The notes under the pieces: generated by a model
The model's input: only the letters and a program-made list of their open reading frames with translations
Database searches by the model: none
What the model was told of the DNA's origin: nothing
Part shown: positions 1 to 9,116 of the stretch, one piece after another
Numbering within the stretch: the stretch's first letter is position 1
Layout of the letters: every line of letters begins with the position of its first letter
Translations under genes and position numbers: made by a program
Assembly (NCBI RefSeq): GCF_000025665.1
Contig: NC_013926.1
Location: 510,001 to 542,000 of the forward strand
Origin: Aciduliprofundum boonei T469
GTDB taxonomy: Archaea; Thermoplasmatota; Thermoplasmata; Thermoplasmatales; Aciduliprofundaceae
Direction: 5' to 3'
Length of the DNA stretch: 32,000 nucleotides

Positions 1-343
1 CTATGTTGTACTCGTGTACATGGGAGTACTTGTTTTTAAAGCTAATTTTACCACCTTTGTAAATTGCCGGTGCGTGGACCCAGCCACCAAAATAAAGAAA
101 ATCATCTACTGCTTCAACAGCATTATATGTATCTCCTCCTGAGGCAGGAGCTTTTCCAAGCATCCTGAAATTGTAAAGCTGCTCATCATAATCTTTTATA
201 AAATGAGCCTCTGCATCAAATGCAACCGTATAGTATAGCATCTTTTTGTAGTACTTTAATCCGAATATCCCCCCACTCCCCCACTCTGGCCCGTATCTGG
301 GCGGATATGAGTGCAGGTGTGATATTATTTTATCAACACTCAT
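1..343 (-). CDS. hypothetical protein, N-terminal 114 codons only (gene runs off the left edge)
   Basis: I translated the minus strand from the ATG at 343-341: MSVDKIISHLHSYPPRYGPEWGSGGIFGLKYYKKMLYY... I checked every in-frame triplet down to position 2 and found no stop. The ORF is missing from the supplied track because it is truncated. It starts 8 nt downstream of the stop of the 352-1599 gene, so it is probably co-transcribed. I recognised no motif. Confidence 0.45.
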   Translation of the reverse strand, partial: MSVDKIISHLHSYPPRYGPEWGSGGIFGLKYYKKMLYYTVAFDAEAHFIKDYDEQLYNFRMLGKAPASGGDTYNAVEAVDDFLYFGGWVHAPAIYKGGKISFKNKYSHVHEYNI

Positions 344-351
344 AGTATCCC

Positions 352-1599
352 TTAAATTGACATGCCAGCTTGCATATTAATCTTTTTCCAAATTCTTTTA
401 TATCTTGGTGTAGAATTTTCCTCACCAACGAGTTTTGTCCATTTTTCAATGAATTTTATTTCTAGATCAAAAGACTCTTTTGTAATTTTTCCGTCCTTAA
501 TTTTTGCCAGAGCAAGTATTTTATTTTGAATTTTGTCTCTCTCTTTCTTAAATTCTTCTATGTATTTTGAGTAGTTCATCTGAAGTTTTCTGTGTAAAAA
601 CTCACCCTTCCACCAAAAATTCTTGCCATATTTATTCGTTGGATTTTCATCTTTAAGCCAAAAAGGAGATACAAAAAAGAATGGTTTGAATATGCTAAGA
701 CATGGAATTGATTCTCCTGTGAACCAATGTGTGTTAGATTTTAAATCAGAAATTTGAGAATTAGCGGTTTGTGATGGTGTGAGGTTTCCTCCGTAATGCA
801 TACATACGCTTTTCATAGAAGAACGCAAAGGCTCAAAATTTCTGGTATGGTGACTTCTCAGTATTTTCATCATATAAGGAACATCAATTTCATTCTCACC
901 TCTTTCTAGCATTTTATAAGTGAAGGCTCTTCTTTCTCTCCCATGCGCAAAATGAGTGTAGAATTTATCAGAAAAGTATTTTGCAAAGTTAAAATTGTTC
1001 CTTTTTGAGAGAGTCACTATAGAATCAGAAGCAAAATCCCAATCATCGCTTAATGTGAGAGCATTAGATATGCTGTAAAAATTCTCAATTTTCTTTGCAG
1101 CCCAATGCTTACCTGCAGTTTCTAGCACATATGCATCTTTTGGGTCTGCTATTATAAAAGAGTTGTGATAGAGAAATGTGTGCTTGTAACTTCCACTGCC
1201 TCCTTGCCCGTAGTTCTCTATAATTTCAATTATGAAATTTAATGCATCTTTAGCATATCTCTTTCTTTCAAGAGCTAATCTAATCATATCCATTCCGAGT
1301 ATTCCTTTTTTCTCTTTTTTCTGATTTGTAAAAACAGCTGTATTTCCTATGGCTAATCCAAATTCGTTGGTACCCATTTCTGCACCCCACATCCACCAAG
1401 GTCTAGAAAGTACAACAGCATAAGTTTCTTTTACTTGTGGAAAGTTTGTATAAGTCATTTTTACGTAGTTTTCCTCATGCTTCTTCCTCGGGATATACTC
1501 AATTTTTTGAGCTTCGTTTGGTTCCCTATCGCTATTTTTTGCAAAGAGCATATTTCCATTTTTTGTGAATTTTGGAGTTGCAACTAAAATATCGCACAT
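352..1599 (-). CDS. peptidase C69 / secernin-like Ntn-hydrolase (dipeptidase family)
   Basis: The N-terminus is MCDILVA...GNMLFAKNSDREPNEAQ. A Cys directly after the initiator Met is the Ntn nucleophile. The FxKNSDRxxxExQ block is characteristic of C69 dipeptidases and secernins. Confidence 0.75.
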   Translation of the reverse strand: MCDILVATPKFTKNGNMLFAKNSDREPNEAQKIEYIPRKKHEENYVKMTYTNFPQVKETYAVVLSRPWWMWGAEMGTNEFGLAIGNTAVFTNQKKEKKGILGMDMIRLALERKRYAKDALNFIIEIIENYGQGGSGSYKHTFLYHNSFIIADPKDAYVLETAGKHWAAKKIENFYSISNALTLSDDWDFASDSIVTLSKRNNFNFAKYFSDKFYTHFAHGRERRAFTYKMLERGENEIDVPYMMKILRSHHTRNFEPLRSSMKSVCMHYGGNLTPSQTANSQISDLKSNTHWFTGESIPCLSIFKPFFFVSPFWLKDENPTNKYGKNFWWKGEFLHRKLQMNYSKYIEEFKKERDKIQNKILALAKIKDGKITKESFDLEIKFIEKWTKLVGEENSTPRYKRIWKKINMQAGMSI

Positions 1600-1673
1600 T
1601 GAAGAATATATGGCACTAGAGTTTTTATTTTTTGCCTTGCCAAATTAATTTATACTTCTTACGATTGTTATTT

Positions 1674-2474
1674 ATGACTCTTGGGATTGATGTTGGGGGC
1701 ACAAAAATTCTTGCAGCAAGAATTGAGAAAGGGAAAATTTGGGAGAAGTGGAAATTTAAAACAAAGAATGATGAAGTGATAAAAATTATTGAGGAAATAA
1801 TTGAGAGGTCGGCAGAAAGAGTCGTGGGAATTGGCGTACCTTGCTACTTGAGGAATGGGGTATGCATTAATGCACCGAATATATCGGAATTTAATGGAAA
1901 GGATTTGAGACATTATTTTAAAAGAACCATAATCATGAACGATTGCACCGCCATGGCTTACGGGGAGTATGTTCTTAGAAATGAAAAATACAATTCTCTT
2001 CTTTTGGTATCTTTAGGTACGGGAGTGGGTGCGGGACTTGTTTTTAAAGGAGTTCCCTATATTGGTAAGGGAAGTGCCATGGAGCTTGGCCATATAAAGG
2101 GATTTTCCAATCGGCAATGTGCCTGTGGTAAAACAGGATGCTTTGAAACGGTAGTTGGAGGCAGGTATGTAGAAGTAGAGGAAAGGGCAAAAAGGGCGAT
2201 GGAGGGGGATAAAGAAGCGATTGAATTTATGAAAGAATATGGGCGGGCAATAGCCAGAGGATTATCTTATGCCATTCAGTTATTGGATCCCGAAATTGTA
2301 GTTTTTGGAGGAGGTATATCAAACGCTTATGAACTATTTATTGAACCTGTGAAAGAAGAGTTATATGGGCTTTTAAGTTTTATAGATGTTGATGATATAA
2401 TTTTTGAAAAGGCAAAGAGTGAAGATTCTGGAGCTTTTGGTGCTGCGCTTATAGCAGAGAGAAGATTGCTTTAA
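1674..2474 (+). CDS. ROK-family sugar kinase (glucokinase-like)
   Basis: MTLGIDVGGTK is the ATP-binding N-terminus. The ROK zinc motif CACGKTGCFE is present, as are GTGVGAG and a C-terminal GAxGAA. I prefer the ATG at 1674 over the TTG at 1632 in the track, because ROK kinases begin right at the DxGGT motif. Confidence 0.85.
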   Translation: MTLGIDVGGTKILAARIEKGKIWEKWKFKTKNDEVIKIIEEIIERSAERVVGIGVPCYLRNGVCINAPNISEFNGKDLRHYFKRTIIMNDCTAMAYGEYVLRNEKYNSLLLVSLGTGVGAGLVFKGVPYIGKGSAMELGHIKGFSNRQCACGKTGCFETVVGGRYVEVEERAKRAMEGDKEAIEFMKEYGRAIARGLSYAIQLLDPEIVVFGGGISNAYELFIEPVKEELYGLLSFIDVDDIIFEKAKSEDSGAFGAALIAERRLL

Positions 2475-2479
2475 GTATC

Positions 2480-2487
2480 TTTTTATA
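2480..2487 (+). promoter_or_regulatory. putative archaeal TATA box (TTTTTATA) for the GH1 gene
   Basis: An AT-rich octamer ends about 22 nt upstream of the ATG at 2509. That spacing fits a leaderless or near-leaderless archaeal transcript. This is a pattern-only call. Confidence 0.35.
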
Positions 2488-2508
2488 CTTCTTTGTGCAT
2501 TCATTTTT

Positions 2509-3762
2509 ATGCTTAAATTTCCTCCAAATTTCATCTTTGGAACTGCAACAGCGGGGCATCAAATTGAAGGAGATAATGTAAATAGCGACTGGTGGCACTA
2601 CGAAAATATGGGGAAATTACCTTACAAATCTGGCAAGACATGCAATCACTGGAACCTTTACAGGCAAGATATTGAGCTAATGCAATCCTTGGGCTATAAT
2701 GCTTACAGGTTCTCTATAGAATGGGCTCGGATATTTCCTAAGGAGGGTAAGATTGATAGGAAAGCTCTGCAAAGGTACAGAGAAATCATAAATTTGCTGA
2801 ACGAAAAAGGAATAATCCCCATGGTAACTTTACATCATTTCACCCTGCCCCTTTGGTTTTTAGAAAAGGGTGGATTTGCAAAGGAAGAGAATTTGAAGCA
2901 TTGGGAGGATTATGTTAAAGCATTGAAAGATATTCTAAATTTAAAATTAATCGCTACTTTCAATGAGCCTATGGTGTATGTTGTTGCTGGATACCTAAGT
3001 GGAGAATGGCCCCCGTTCAAGAAAGCCCCGAGGATTGCGAGCAGGGTTGCAGCCAATATTTTAAAAGCCCATGCCATTGCCTATGAAATTTTGCATAAAG
3101 AGCACAAGGTTGGGATAGTGAAGAACATACCAATTTTCTTATCTGCAAGTAGGAGAAATGATGATCTAAAGGCGGCCAGGAGGGCAGATAATATGTTCAA
3201 TTTTGATTTCTTAGATGCAATATGGAATGGAGAATACAAAGGAATAATTGGAAAATACGAAGTGCCTGAGAGTGATTTGGATTTCATAGGTGTGAACTAC
3301 TATACAGCTTATAAAGTGAGACACAGTTACAATCCTTTAAAATTCTTCTTGGATGCCAAGCCAGCAGAGATGGGAGAAAGGAGAACGGATATGGGATGGA
3401 GCGTATATCCTGAGGGGATATATAAAGCAGTGGAAAAAATGTCGAGGTACAAAAAGCCGATTTACATAACTGAGAATGGAATAGCCACAGGGAATGATGA
3501 GTGGCGCATTTCGTTTATAATCAGACATCTGCAGTACTTGTATAGGGCTATTAAGGATGGGTACAATGTGAAGGGTTATTTTTACTGGTCTTTTATGGAT
3601 AATTTTGAATGGGACAAGGGATTTGCTCCAAGATTTGGATTAGTGGAAATAAATTACGAGAATTTTCAAAGAAAGCCCAGAAGAAGCGCCTATGTTTATG
3701 GGGAGATAAGTAAAGAAAAGGAGATAAAAGATGAGATTTTAGAAAAATATGGAGAGAGCTAA
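2509..3762 (+). CDS. glycoside hydrolase family 1 beta-glycosidase (beta-glucosidase/beta-galactosidase)
   Basis: GH1 hallmarks are present: FGTATAGHQIEG, YRFSIEWARI, TLHHFTLPLW, the acid/base TFNEP and the nucleophile YITENG, plus a C-terminal WSFMDNFEW. Confidence 0.95.
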   Translation: MLKFPPNFIFGTATAGHQIEGDNVNSDWWHYENMGKLPYKSGKTCNHWNLYRQDIELMQSLGYNAYRFSIEWARIFPKEGKIDRKALQRYREIINLLNEKGIIPMVTLHHFTLPLWFLEKGGFAKEENLKHWEDYVKALKDILNLKLIATFNEPMVYVVAGYLSGEWPPFKKAPRIASRVAANILKAHAIAYEILHKEHKVGIVKNIPIFLSASRRNDDLKAARRADNMFNFDFLDAIWNGEYKGIIGKYEVPESDLDFIGVNYYTAYKVRHSYNPLKFFLDAKPAEMGERRTDMGWSVYPEGIYKAVEKMSRYKKPIYITENGIATGNDEWRISFIIRHLQYLYRAIKDGYNVKGYFYWSFMDNFEWDKGFAPRFGLVEINYENFQRKPRRSAYVYGEISKEKEIKDEILEKYGES

Positions 3763-5090
3763 TTTGCATTTTTCAACATCATTTTTCTTCTCTTTTTAAG
3801 CAAGTTTTGGAGAGCTTCCATATCTTTTGGATAGGTTCTTCTTATCCAGATCCATGTAAGCCCGCATGGAATCCAGAATAGTGCTCCGATTATTAGAGTG
3901 TACTGATATGCTAATGCTTTGGACATTCCCATCCATTCAAAAGTGTTTATCATGATTCCCCCAAGTACCGGTCCTATTGCACTTCCTATGCTGTTTAAAA
4001 TGTAGAATACTCCAAAAACGGTACCACGGTCTTCTGGAGGATTAACCTGTGAAATTATTGCGGGTACATTTGGAGAGGCTATGGATACAAATTGCAGAAT
4101 TAGTATGCCGTAAAAGGTGAGCATTATCCAGTCGACAATTGAAGGATTTGAAGGTAGGGGATAGAGTATTAAAAATAGTACTGCTACGAATCCTATGAAT
4201 ATCGATGCACCAACTAGAATGGCTCTTCCTCCTCTTATCTTTCTTTCAAAGTAATCCCCCAAGAACCCACCTATGAAAGTTCCAATAACCGTAGATACTC
4301 CCAAGATTAAGAGCACGAAAGTTGAGGTCTCTTTACTCATACCTCTACTTACCATCAGAAATGATATTATCCAGTAAACTATAACTCCCCAAGGAATGGT
4401 GCCTATTATCCCCTGAAAGAATATTAGAATATTTGTTGCCGTTTCAAAAGATTTTTTTATAATTTTCCAATTAAGTTTGTATGTATATTGTATCCCTCTT
4501 GAGATCAAATCTTGAAGTACTTTTTCTCCGCTACCTCTCTTGGGTTCTTCTGCCACTATGTAAAATAGCGGAGCTAGAATGAAGTTAGGTACTGAGGCGT
4601 AGATGAATGGAGTTCTCCAGCTTGCAATTACTCCAGCCATAATCATACCAAATAGAGTACCAAATCCAAATGCAGTTTGAATGTAAGAAAATCCCCTACC
4701 ACGTTTATCCCCATAGAACATATCTGATATAAGAGAGTAGCCGATGGGTATGATAGAGCCAATACCTATCCCTGTAAAGAGCCTCAATGCCAATAGTTCC
4801 CAGTAATTTTGAGCAAAGGCAGTTAGAAAGCATGGAATTTCGCCCAAAAGCACGCCTAACACCAGCAGTTTTTTCCTTCCTTTTATATCTGAAAAGTATC
4901 CCCAAACTATTGTTATGAGTGCACTGGTGGCCACAAATATTGTGGATACAAAACCCATCTGAGTTTCGCTTATCCCAAATTCTTGCATAATCTGCTGGTA
5001 ATTCGGTGGTAGAAGGTTCTGGTCAGCCATTAAGAATGCTGCCATAAGCACTAACAAAACTATTGATGCAATTCTCCTGTATTTATTCAT
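3759..5090 (-). CDS. MFS transporter
   Basis: The protein has about 12 hydrophobic segments and the MFS loop motif GYFSDIKGRKK. I prefer the start at ATG 5090 (MNKYRRIASIVLL...). That start overlaps the upstream stop within GAATATGAATAA, an 8-nt overlap. Confidence 0.85.
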   Translation of the reverse strand: MNKYRRIASIVLLVLMAAFLMADQNLLPPNYQQIMQEFGISETQMGFVSTIFVATSALITIVWGYFSDIKGRKKLLVLGVLLGEIPCFLTAFAQNYWELLALRLFTGIGIGSIIPIGYSLISDMFYGDKRGRGFSYIQTAFGFGTLFGMIMAGVIASWRTPFIYASVPNFILAPLFYIVAEEPKRGSGEKVLQDLISRGIQYTYKLNWKIIKKSFETATNILIFFQGIIGTIPWGVIVYWIISFLMVSRGMSKETSTFVLLILGVSTVIGTFIGGFLGDYFERKIRGGRAILVGASIFIGFVAVLFLILYPLPSNPSIVDWIMLTFYGILILQFVSIASPNVPAIISQVNPPEDRGTVFGVFYILNSIGSAIGPVLGGIMINTFEWMGMSKALAYQYTLIIGALFWIPCGLTWIWIRRTYPKDMEALQNLLKKRRKMMLKNAN

Positions 5091-6168
5091 ATTCCTTCCT
5101 CCATTCCTCATATATGGCTTTAAAAGCATCTAATCTTCTTTCTGGCAAAGGCTCCCATCCACGGGCATCACTATTCTCAGCCATGAACGCGTTATCTCCT
5201 TTTATACCTGAAATAAGCATATTCAATCTTCTGTTATCTTCATCTTCTTTCCATATGAGCAGTGATTTATCAGGGGCCCAAGAAGATGTTTTTAGGTAAA
5301 ATTCTCTCCCACTCATAGGCAATTGTGATGGGAGTGTAATGTTTATATTGTTACTTTTTATAAATTTAATTAGGGTACTTATTTTAATTTTCTTACCTGC
5401 AAATGGCATATACCCAAAGAACTCAATATCTGTGCCATATAGCATGATATCTCGTATGGAACTTAACCATCTAGCGGCTTTTCTCTCGTTCATAAATGGA
5501 AAATGCCCAAGTGAGAGCATAAGTGTTATGTTTACAGGTTGCCACACGGGTATTCCCACAATGTTTTTCACACCTTTAACAAGGGCTTTTCCTCCAAAAA
5601 CATATGATAAGGATCTTCTGAGTTGACGCAATCCCAAAAAATAATTGAGATATTTTCTCTGGCCATAGGATGCTTTTATTAATTTGATATATGGGATTTC
5701 AAAATTTTTTATTGCTGTGTTCATATAGTTAGAAAACAAAAGAGCTTCCCCATCCACAAAAACGTATTCAAAATTTAAATCTTTAAGAATTGCTGGAAGT
5801 ATAGGATCGTAGGCCAACTCTGGAGGCCAGAAAGAGATAGGCTTCACCTCTAGCGTATCCTCTTTCATTCTCACATCCATCTCAATTTGCTCTTTTACTC
5901 TGTTTAGGGAAAGAAGTGGCAAGATGGCATGAGAATAAGAAGTACCGGTTATTTCTATCAAATTGCTCTCAATTCCGTCTTTTATTCCCTTAATTAACTC
6001 TTTAGGAAGGTATTGTATGGAGAACCCGGTGATATTGAGAGCAAACGGAATATCCTCTTTTAAAAGAGTCGCAATAGTTGGCTTGTAAGACTTGTTTATC
6101 ACTCTCTCTATTTCCTTTTTTGGTATTTCTGCATATTGAAGGTTTGCATGAAATATTAGCGAATGCAT
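5083..6168 (-). CDS. GH57-family-like glycoside hydrolase, catalytic domain only (361 aa)
   Basis: By eye it aligns to GH57 enzymes. FHANLQY aligns with HNHQP, and SYKPTIATLL with SYRPFMEIL. FWPPELAYD occupies the nucleophile-Glu position and YGTDIEFFG the acid/base-Asp position (DGEKFG-like). It overlaps galK by 13 nt. Confidence 0.55.
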   Translation of the reverse strand: MHSLIFHANLQYAEIPKKEIERVINKSYKPTIATLLKEDIPFALNITGFSIQYLPKELIKGIKDGIESNLIEITGTSYSHAILPLLSLNRVKEQIEMDVRMKEDTLEVKPISFWPPELAYDPILPAILKDLNFEYVFVDGEALLFSNYMNTAIKNFEIPYIKLIKASYGQRKYLNYFLGLRQLRRSLSYVFGGKALVKGVKNIVGIPVWQPVNITLMLSLGHFPFMNERKAARWLSSIRDIMLYGTDIEFFGYMPFAGKKIKISTLIKFIKSNNINITLPSQLPMSGREFYLKTSSWAPDKSLLIWKEDEDNRRLNMLISGIKGDNAFMAENSDARGWEPLPERRLDAFKAIYEEWRKEYE

Positions 6169-7211
6169 TTTCTCACCCCATCTGAAGATTCCACCAAAAA
6201 ATATTTTGCAGAATGGGAAAATAACCTTTTATAGTCTTTTAATATTTTTTCTCCTATTTTTGAAGGATCCTGAGTGAATATTGCAAAGGCAGAGCCCCCA
6301 AATCCTGCCCCGGTTAATCTAGCCCCAAGGGCACCGTATTTAAGAGCATTTTTAACGAAAAAATCCAGTTCTGGAGAGCTCACGCCATAATTTTTTGCCA
6401 GATCCCAGTGTGCTTCTGTTATGATATTACCAAATTCTTGTAAATTTCCATTTTTCAAAGCATCTTTCGCCTCAAGCACTCTCTGATTTTCCCTAATTAT
6501 ATAACCTAAAAATCTTCTTTGTAATTCCTGTAATTTGTTTAGATCCTTGGACTCAATATATTTGGAACTCATCTTTCCTAACTTGTTTAATGCTTTTTCT
6601 ACACTCTCTCTTCTCTTCACATATTCAGAATTGGCAAGTTCTCTTCTAACCCCTGTGTCAAAAATAAGAATGTAAATATCTTGAAATGGTACATATTCAT
6701 AATGCAAATTTTCTGTGTCTATAAAAATAGCGTAGTTTCTTTTTCCTAGTGCTATAGCCATCTGATCCATTACTCCGCAGGGTACACCCACAAACTCATT
6801 TTCTGCATCTTTAGCTAGAATTGCCTCATCCATTTTTGAAATGTTTAATTTATATTCTTCATTTAAAAACTCAAGAATTGCAAGCTCTAAGCTTGCTGAA
6901 GAGCTAAGTCCAGAGCCTATTGGCAAGTTTCCATATATTTTTCCCCTTATCCCTTTGGGATTGTAGTTATTATTAAACAAGATCCAGAAAATGCCTCTAA
7001 TATAATCGCTCCAATCATTACTTCTCTCCAGACTCTGGAGGTTAAATGAAGTTTTGCTTTTTAAACTCTCCGAATAAATTTCTACAAATGAGGATTTATT
7101 TCCCTCCAAGAATGTGTAGAGATTTATCGCCATAGGCATGACATATCCTAAAGAATAATCCGTATGCTCTCCAATCAAATTAACTCTTCCGGGTGATGCA
7201 ATTTTAAGCAC
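6156..7211 (-). CDS. galK: galactokinase (GHMP kinase)
   Basis: The galactokinase signature GRVNLIGEHTDY is at the N-terminus. The GHMP ATP motif PIGSGLSSSASLE is present, as is a C-terminal RLTGAGFGG. Confidence 0.9.
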   Translation of the reverse strand: MLKIASPGRVNLIGEHTDYSLGYVMPMAINLYTFLEGNKSSFVEIYSESLKSKTSFNLQSLERSNDWSDYIRGIFWILFNNNYNPKGIRGKIYGNLPIGSGLSSSASLELAILEFLNEEYKLNISKMDEAILAKDAENEFVGVPCGVMDQMAIALGKRNYAIFIDTENLHYEYVPFQDIYILIFDTGVRRELANSEYVKRRESVEKALNKLGKMSSKYIESKDLNKLQELQRRFLGYIIRENQRVLEAKDALKNGNLQEFGNIITEAHWDLAKNYGVSSPELDFFVKNALKYGALGARLTGAGFGGSAFAIFTQDPSKIGEKILKDYKRLFSHSAKYFLVESSDGVRKCIR

Positions 7212-7241
7212 TTAACTAAATCTCTCTGGCAATATTTAAAC

Positions 7242-8180
7242 TTATACATAATCCCCCCTCTTCACTACATTTCTCGGCTTGCCTTGGGCAAATAATTTTA
7301 TGTTCTCAGCAGCCCAGATGGTGAGCTCATCCCAGAAACCTTCGTATGATCCAGCGCAGTGTGGGCTTAGGATCACATTGGAAAGTTTCTCGAACGGATA
7401 ATTTTGCTTAAATCTCTCTCCATAATGCCACCAAGCATCTAGGGCCGCTGTAAAATTGGTATTATTTTTCAAGAATTCGTATAGATCCTCCTCCACTATA
7501 ATCTTTCCGCGAGATACATTTACCAATATTGCATCTTTCTTCATAAGCTGCAGTTTTTCCATATTTATTAGTCCCTTGGTGCTTTTTGTTAGGGGCAAGG
7601 CTAACACAACAATATCGGAGTTTTTAAGCAAAAAATCTATCTGTTTCACGGTGCCCACGAACATAAAATCATCACAGAAGTCGCATTTTCCACTGCGGCT
7701 TATTCCCATAAAATGTGGATGAAAGCCACGAAGCATGGCAGATAGGTCTCTTGCAATGTTTCCCAAACCCATCAATCCTACAACTTTTCCTCTAAGCAAT
7801 TTAGATTCGAGCATCTGTGGAAAACGACCTTTTAGCATTTCGTTGTGCCTGTAAATCATCTTCTTCAGCGCTGCAAATATTAGGGCAACAGCATGCTCTG
7901 CAACCCCCCATGAATTTCCACCTGAGTTTGTGCACACTATCACATTTTCGGGGATCTTTTCAAAATGGTAATGATCCACGCCAGCTGAGAATGCTTGGAT
8001 CATCTTCAAATTCTTTAACTTTGGAAGCACAGATTCCAATTTTTTCCAACTATGGGCAAGTACAACCTCTGCAGAATTCAAGAAATTATCATCAGCATCT
8101 TTTAGGCATCTCACATCAAAACTATCAAGTATGCGCTTGAGGATCTCGAATCTCTTGCATTGCAGGACTAGAACTTTCAT
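7242..8180 (-). CDS. D-isomer-specific 2-hydroxyacid dehydrogenase family protein
   Basis: The NAD fold GLMGLGNIARDL is present. NVSRG and SPHCAG supply the catalytic Arg and His context typical of the family. Confidence 0.8.
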   Translation of the reverse strand: MKVLVLQCKRFEILKRILDSFDVRCLKDADDNFLNSAEVVLAHSWKKLESVLPKLKNLKMIQAFSAGVDHYHFEKIPENVIVCTNSGGNSWGVAEHAVALIFAALKKMIYRHNEMLKGRFPQMLESKLLRGKVVGLMGLGNIARDLSAMLRGFHPHFMGISRSGKCDFCDDFMFVGTVKQIDFLLKNSDIVVLALPLTKSTKGLINMEKLQLMKKDAILVNVSRGKIIVEEDLYEFLKNNTNFTAALDAWWHYGERFKQNYPFEKLSNVILSPHCAGSYEGFWDELTIWAAENIKLFAQGKPRNVVKRGDYV

Positions 8181-8255
8181 AGTTAAACATGCTTCAGCGA
8201 TTATTAATAATTTCTCGGGAGAAAATTTTTATCTTATAAAGCACTATATTACACG

Positions 8256-9116
8256 GTGAATTGCATAATATGTGGGCGGAAATCTGAGCGTCCCGTTTGT
8301 GAGGAATGCACCCATAAAATTATGGAAGAGTATCCATTTTTGCTGAGGAAGAGTTTTATTGCGCCAAATAAAATTTTTGATCTTGAGGATGCGATTGAAA
8401 GGGGAATAATAACCGATGAGAATCTTGCTACTCTCAACGATATGGCAAGAAGAGGACTGAAGGGAGAGAATGTGGATTTTGAAATTTTAACCAGGGCGGC
8501 ATTGCTCTTTCATCGTAGATATTCCTTTTACTTAGAGAATTTTGAAATTAGTCCAGATTATTATCTCTCTCTTGCAGAATTATTCGCTGAAAGGGTTGAG
8601 GGAGAAGCTGGCATGTTTTTAAGGTACAAAATTTTGAAAGAAAAAGGCAATTTTAAAGGGGCTTTAAAATTAATTGATTCTCTCTCAAGAAATGGTAATA
8701 AAGAGTATATGCTTGAAAAGGCGGCTCTTTTGCTTGAAATGGGGGAGAAGGATGCAGCCCAGAAATTGTATATGGATATTTTGGATGATGTAAGTTCTTG
8801 GGAGCATTTTGCAGACACACTTTACGATTTGGCAGAGTATGAGAGTGCAGCTGAGGCGTATATGTATGTGACAGAATTGAATCCTACAGAGAGAGCGTAT
8901 TACAAAATAGCAAGTTCTCTAGTAAAGCTTGGAAAGCACAAGGACGCAATTGAGTATTTGCAAAAGGCAATAAGCATAAACAGATACCATCTCGACTCTT
9001 ACATTCTTCTTTACCGCATATATGGTGAGCTGGATATGCCAGAGGAGAGAAAGAAAATAGCAACGAGGATGAAAAGAGCAGGATTTGATGCAGAGCTCTT
9101 GGGGGTGGAGCAATGA
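8256..9116 (+). CDS. N-terminal zinc-ribbon plus TPR-repeat protein
   Basis: A GTG start gives MNCIICGRKSERPVCEEC (CxxC-x7-CxxC). The C-terminal half has TPR-like repeats (AEAYMYVTELNP..., AIEYLQKAISINR). The 3' end overlaps the next gene by 4 nt (ATGA). Confidence 0.65.
   Translation: MNCIICGRKSERPVCEECTHKIMEEYPFLLRKSFIAPNKIFDLEDAIERGIITDENLATLNDMARRGLKGENVDFEILTRAALLFHRRYSFYLENFEISPDYYLSLAELFAERVEGEAGMFLRYKILKEKGNFKGALKLIDSLSRNGNKEYMLEKAALLLEMGEKDAAQKLYMDILDDVSSWEHFADTLYDLAEYESAAEAYMYVTELNPTERAYYKIASSLVKLGKHKDAIEYLQKAISINRYHLDSYILLYRIYGELDMPEERKKIATRMKRAGFDAELLGVEQ

Noticed and set aside
5063-5626. Plus-strand ORFs 5063-5299 and 5339-5626
   Set aside because: They are antisense to the GH57-like gene, Ser/Leu-rich, and have no supporting signals.
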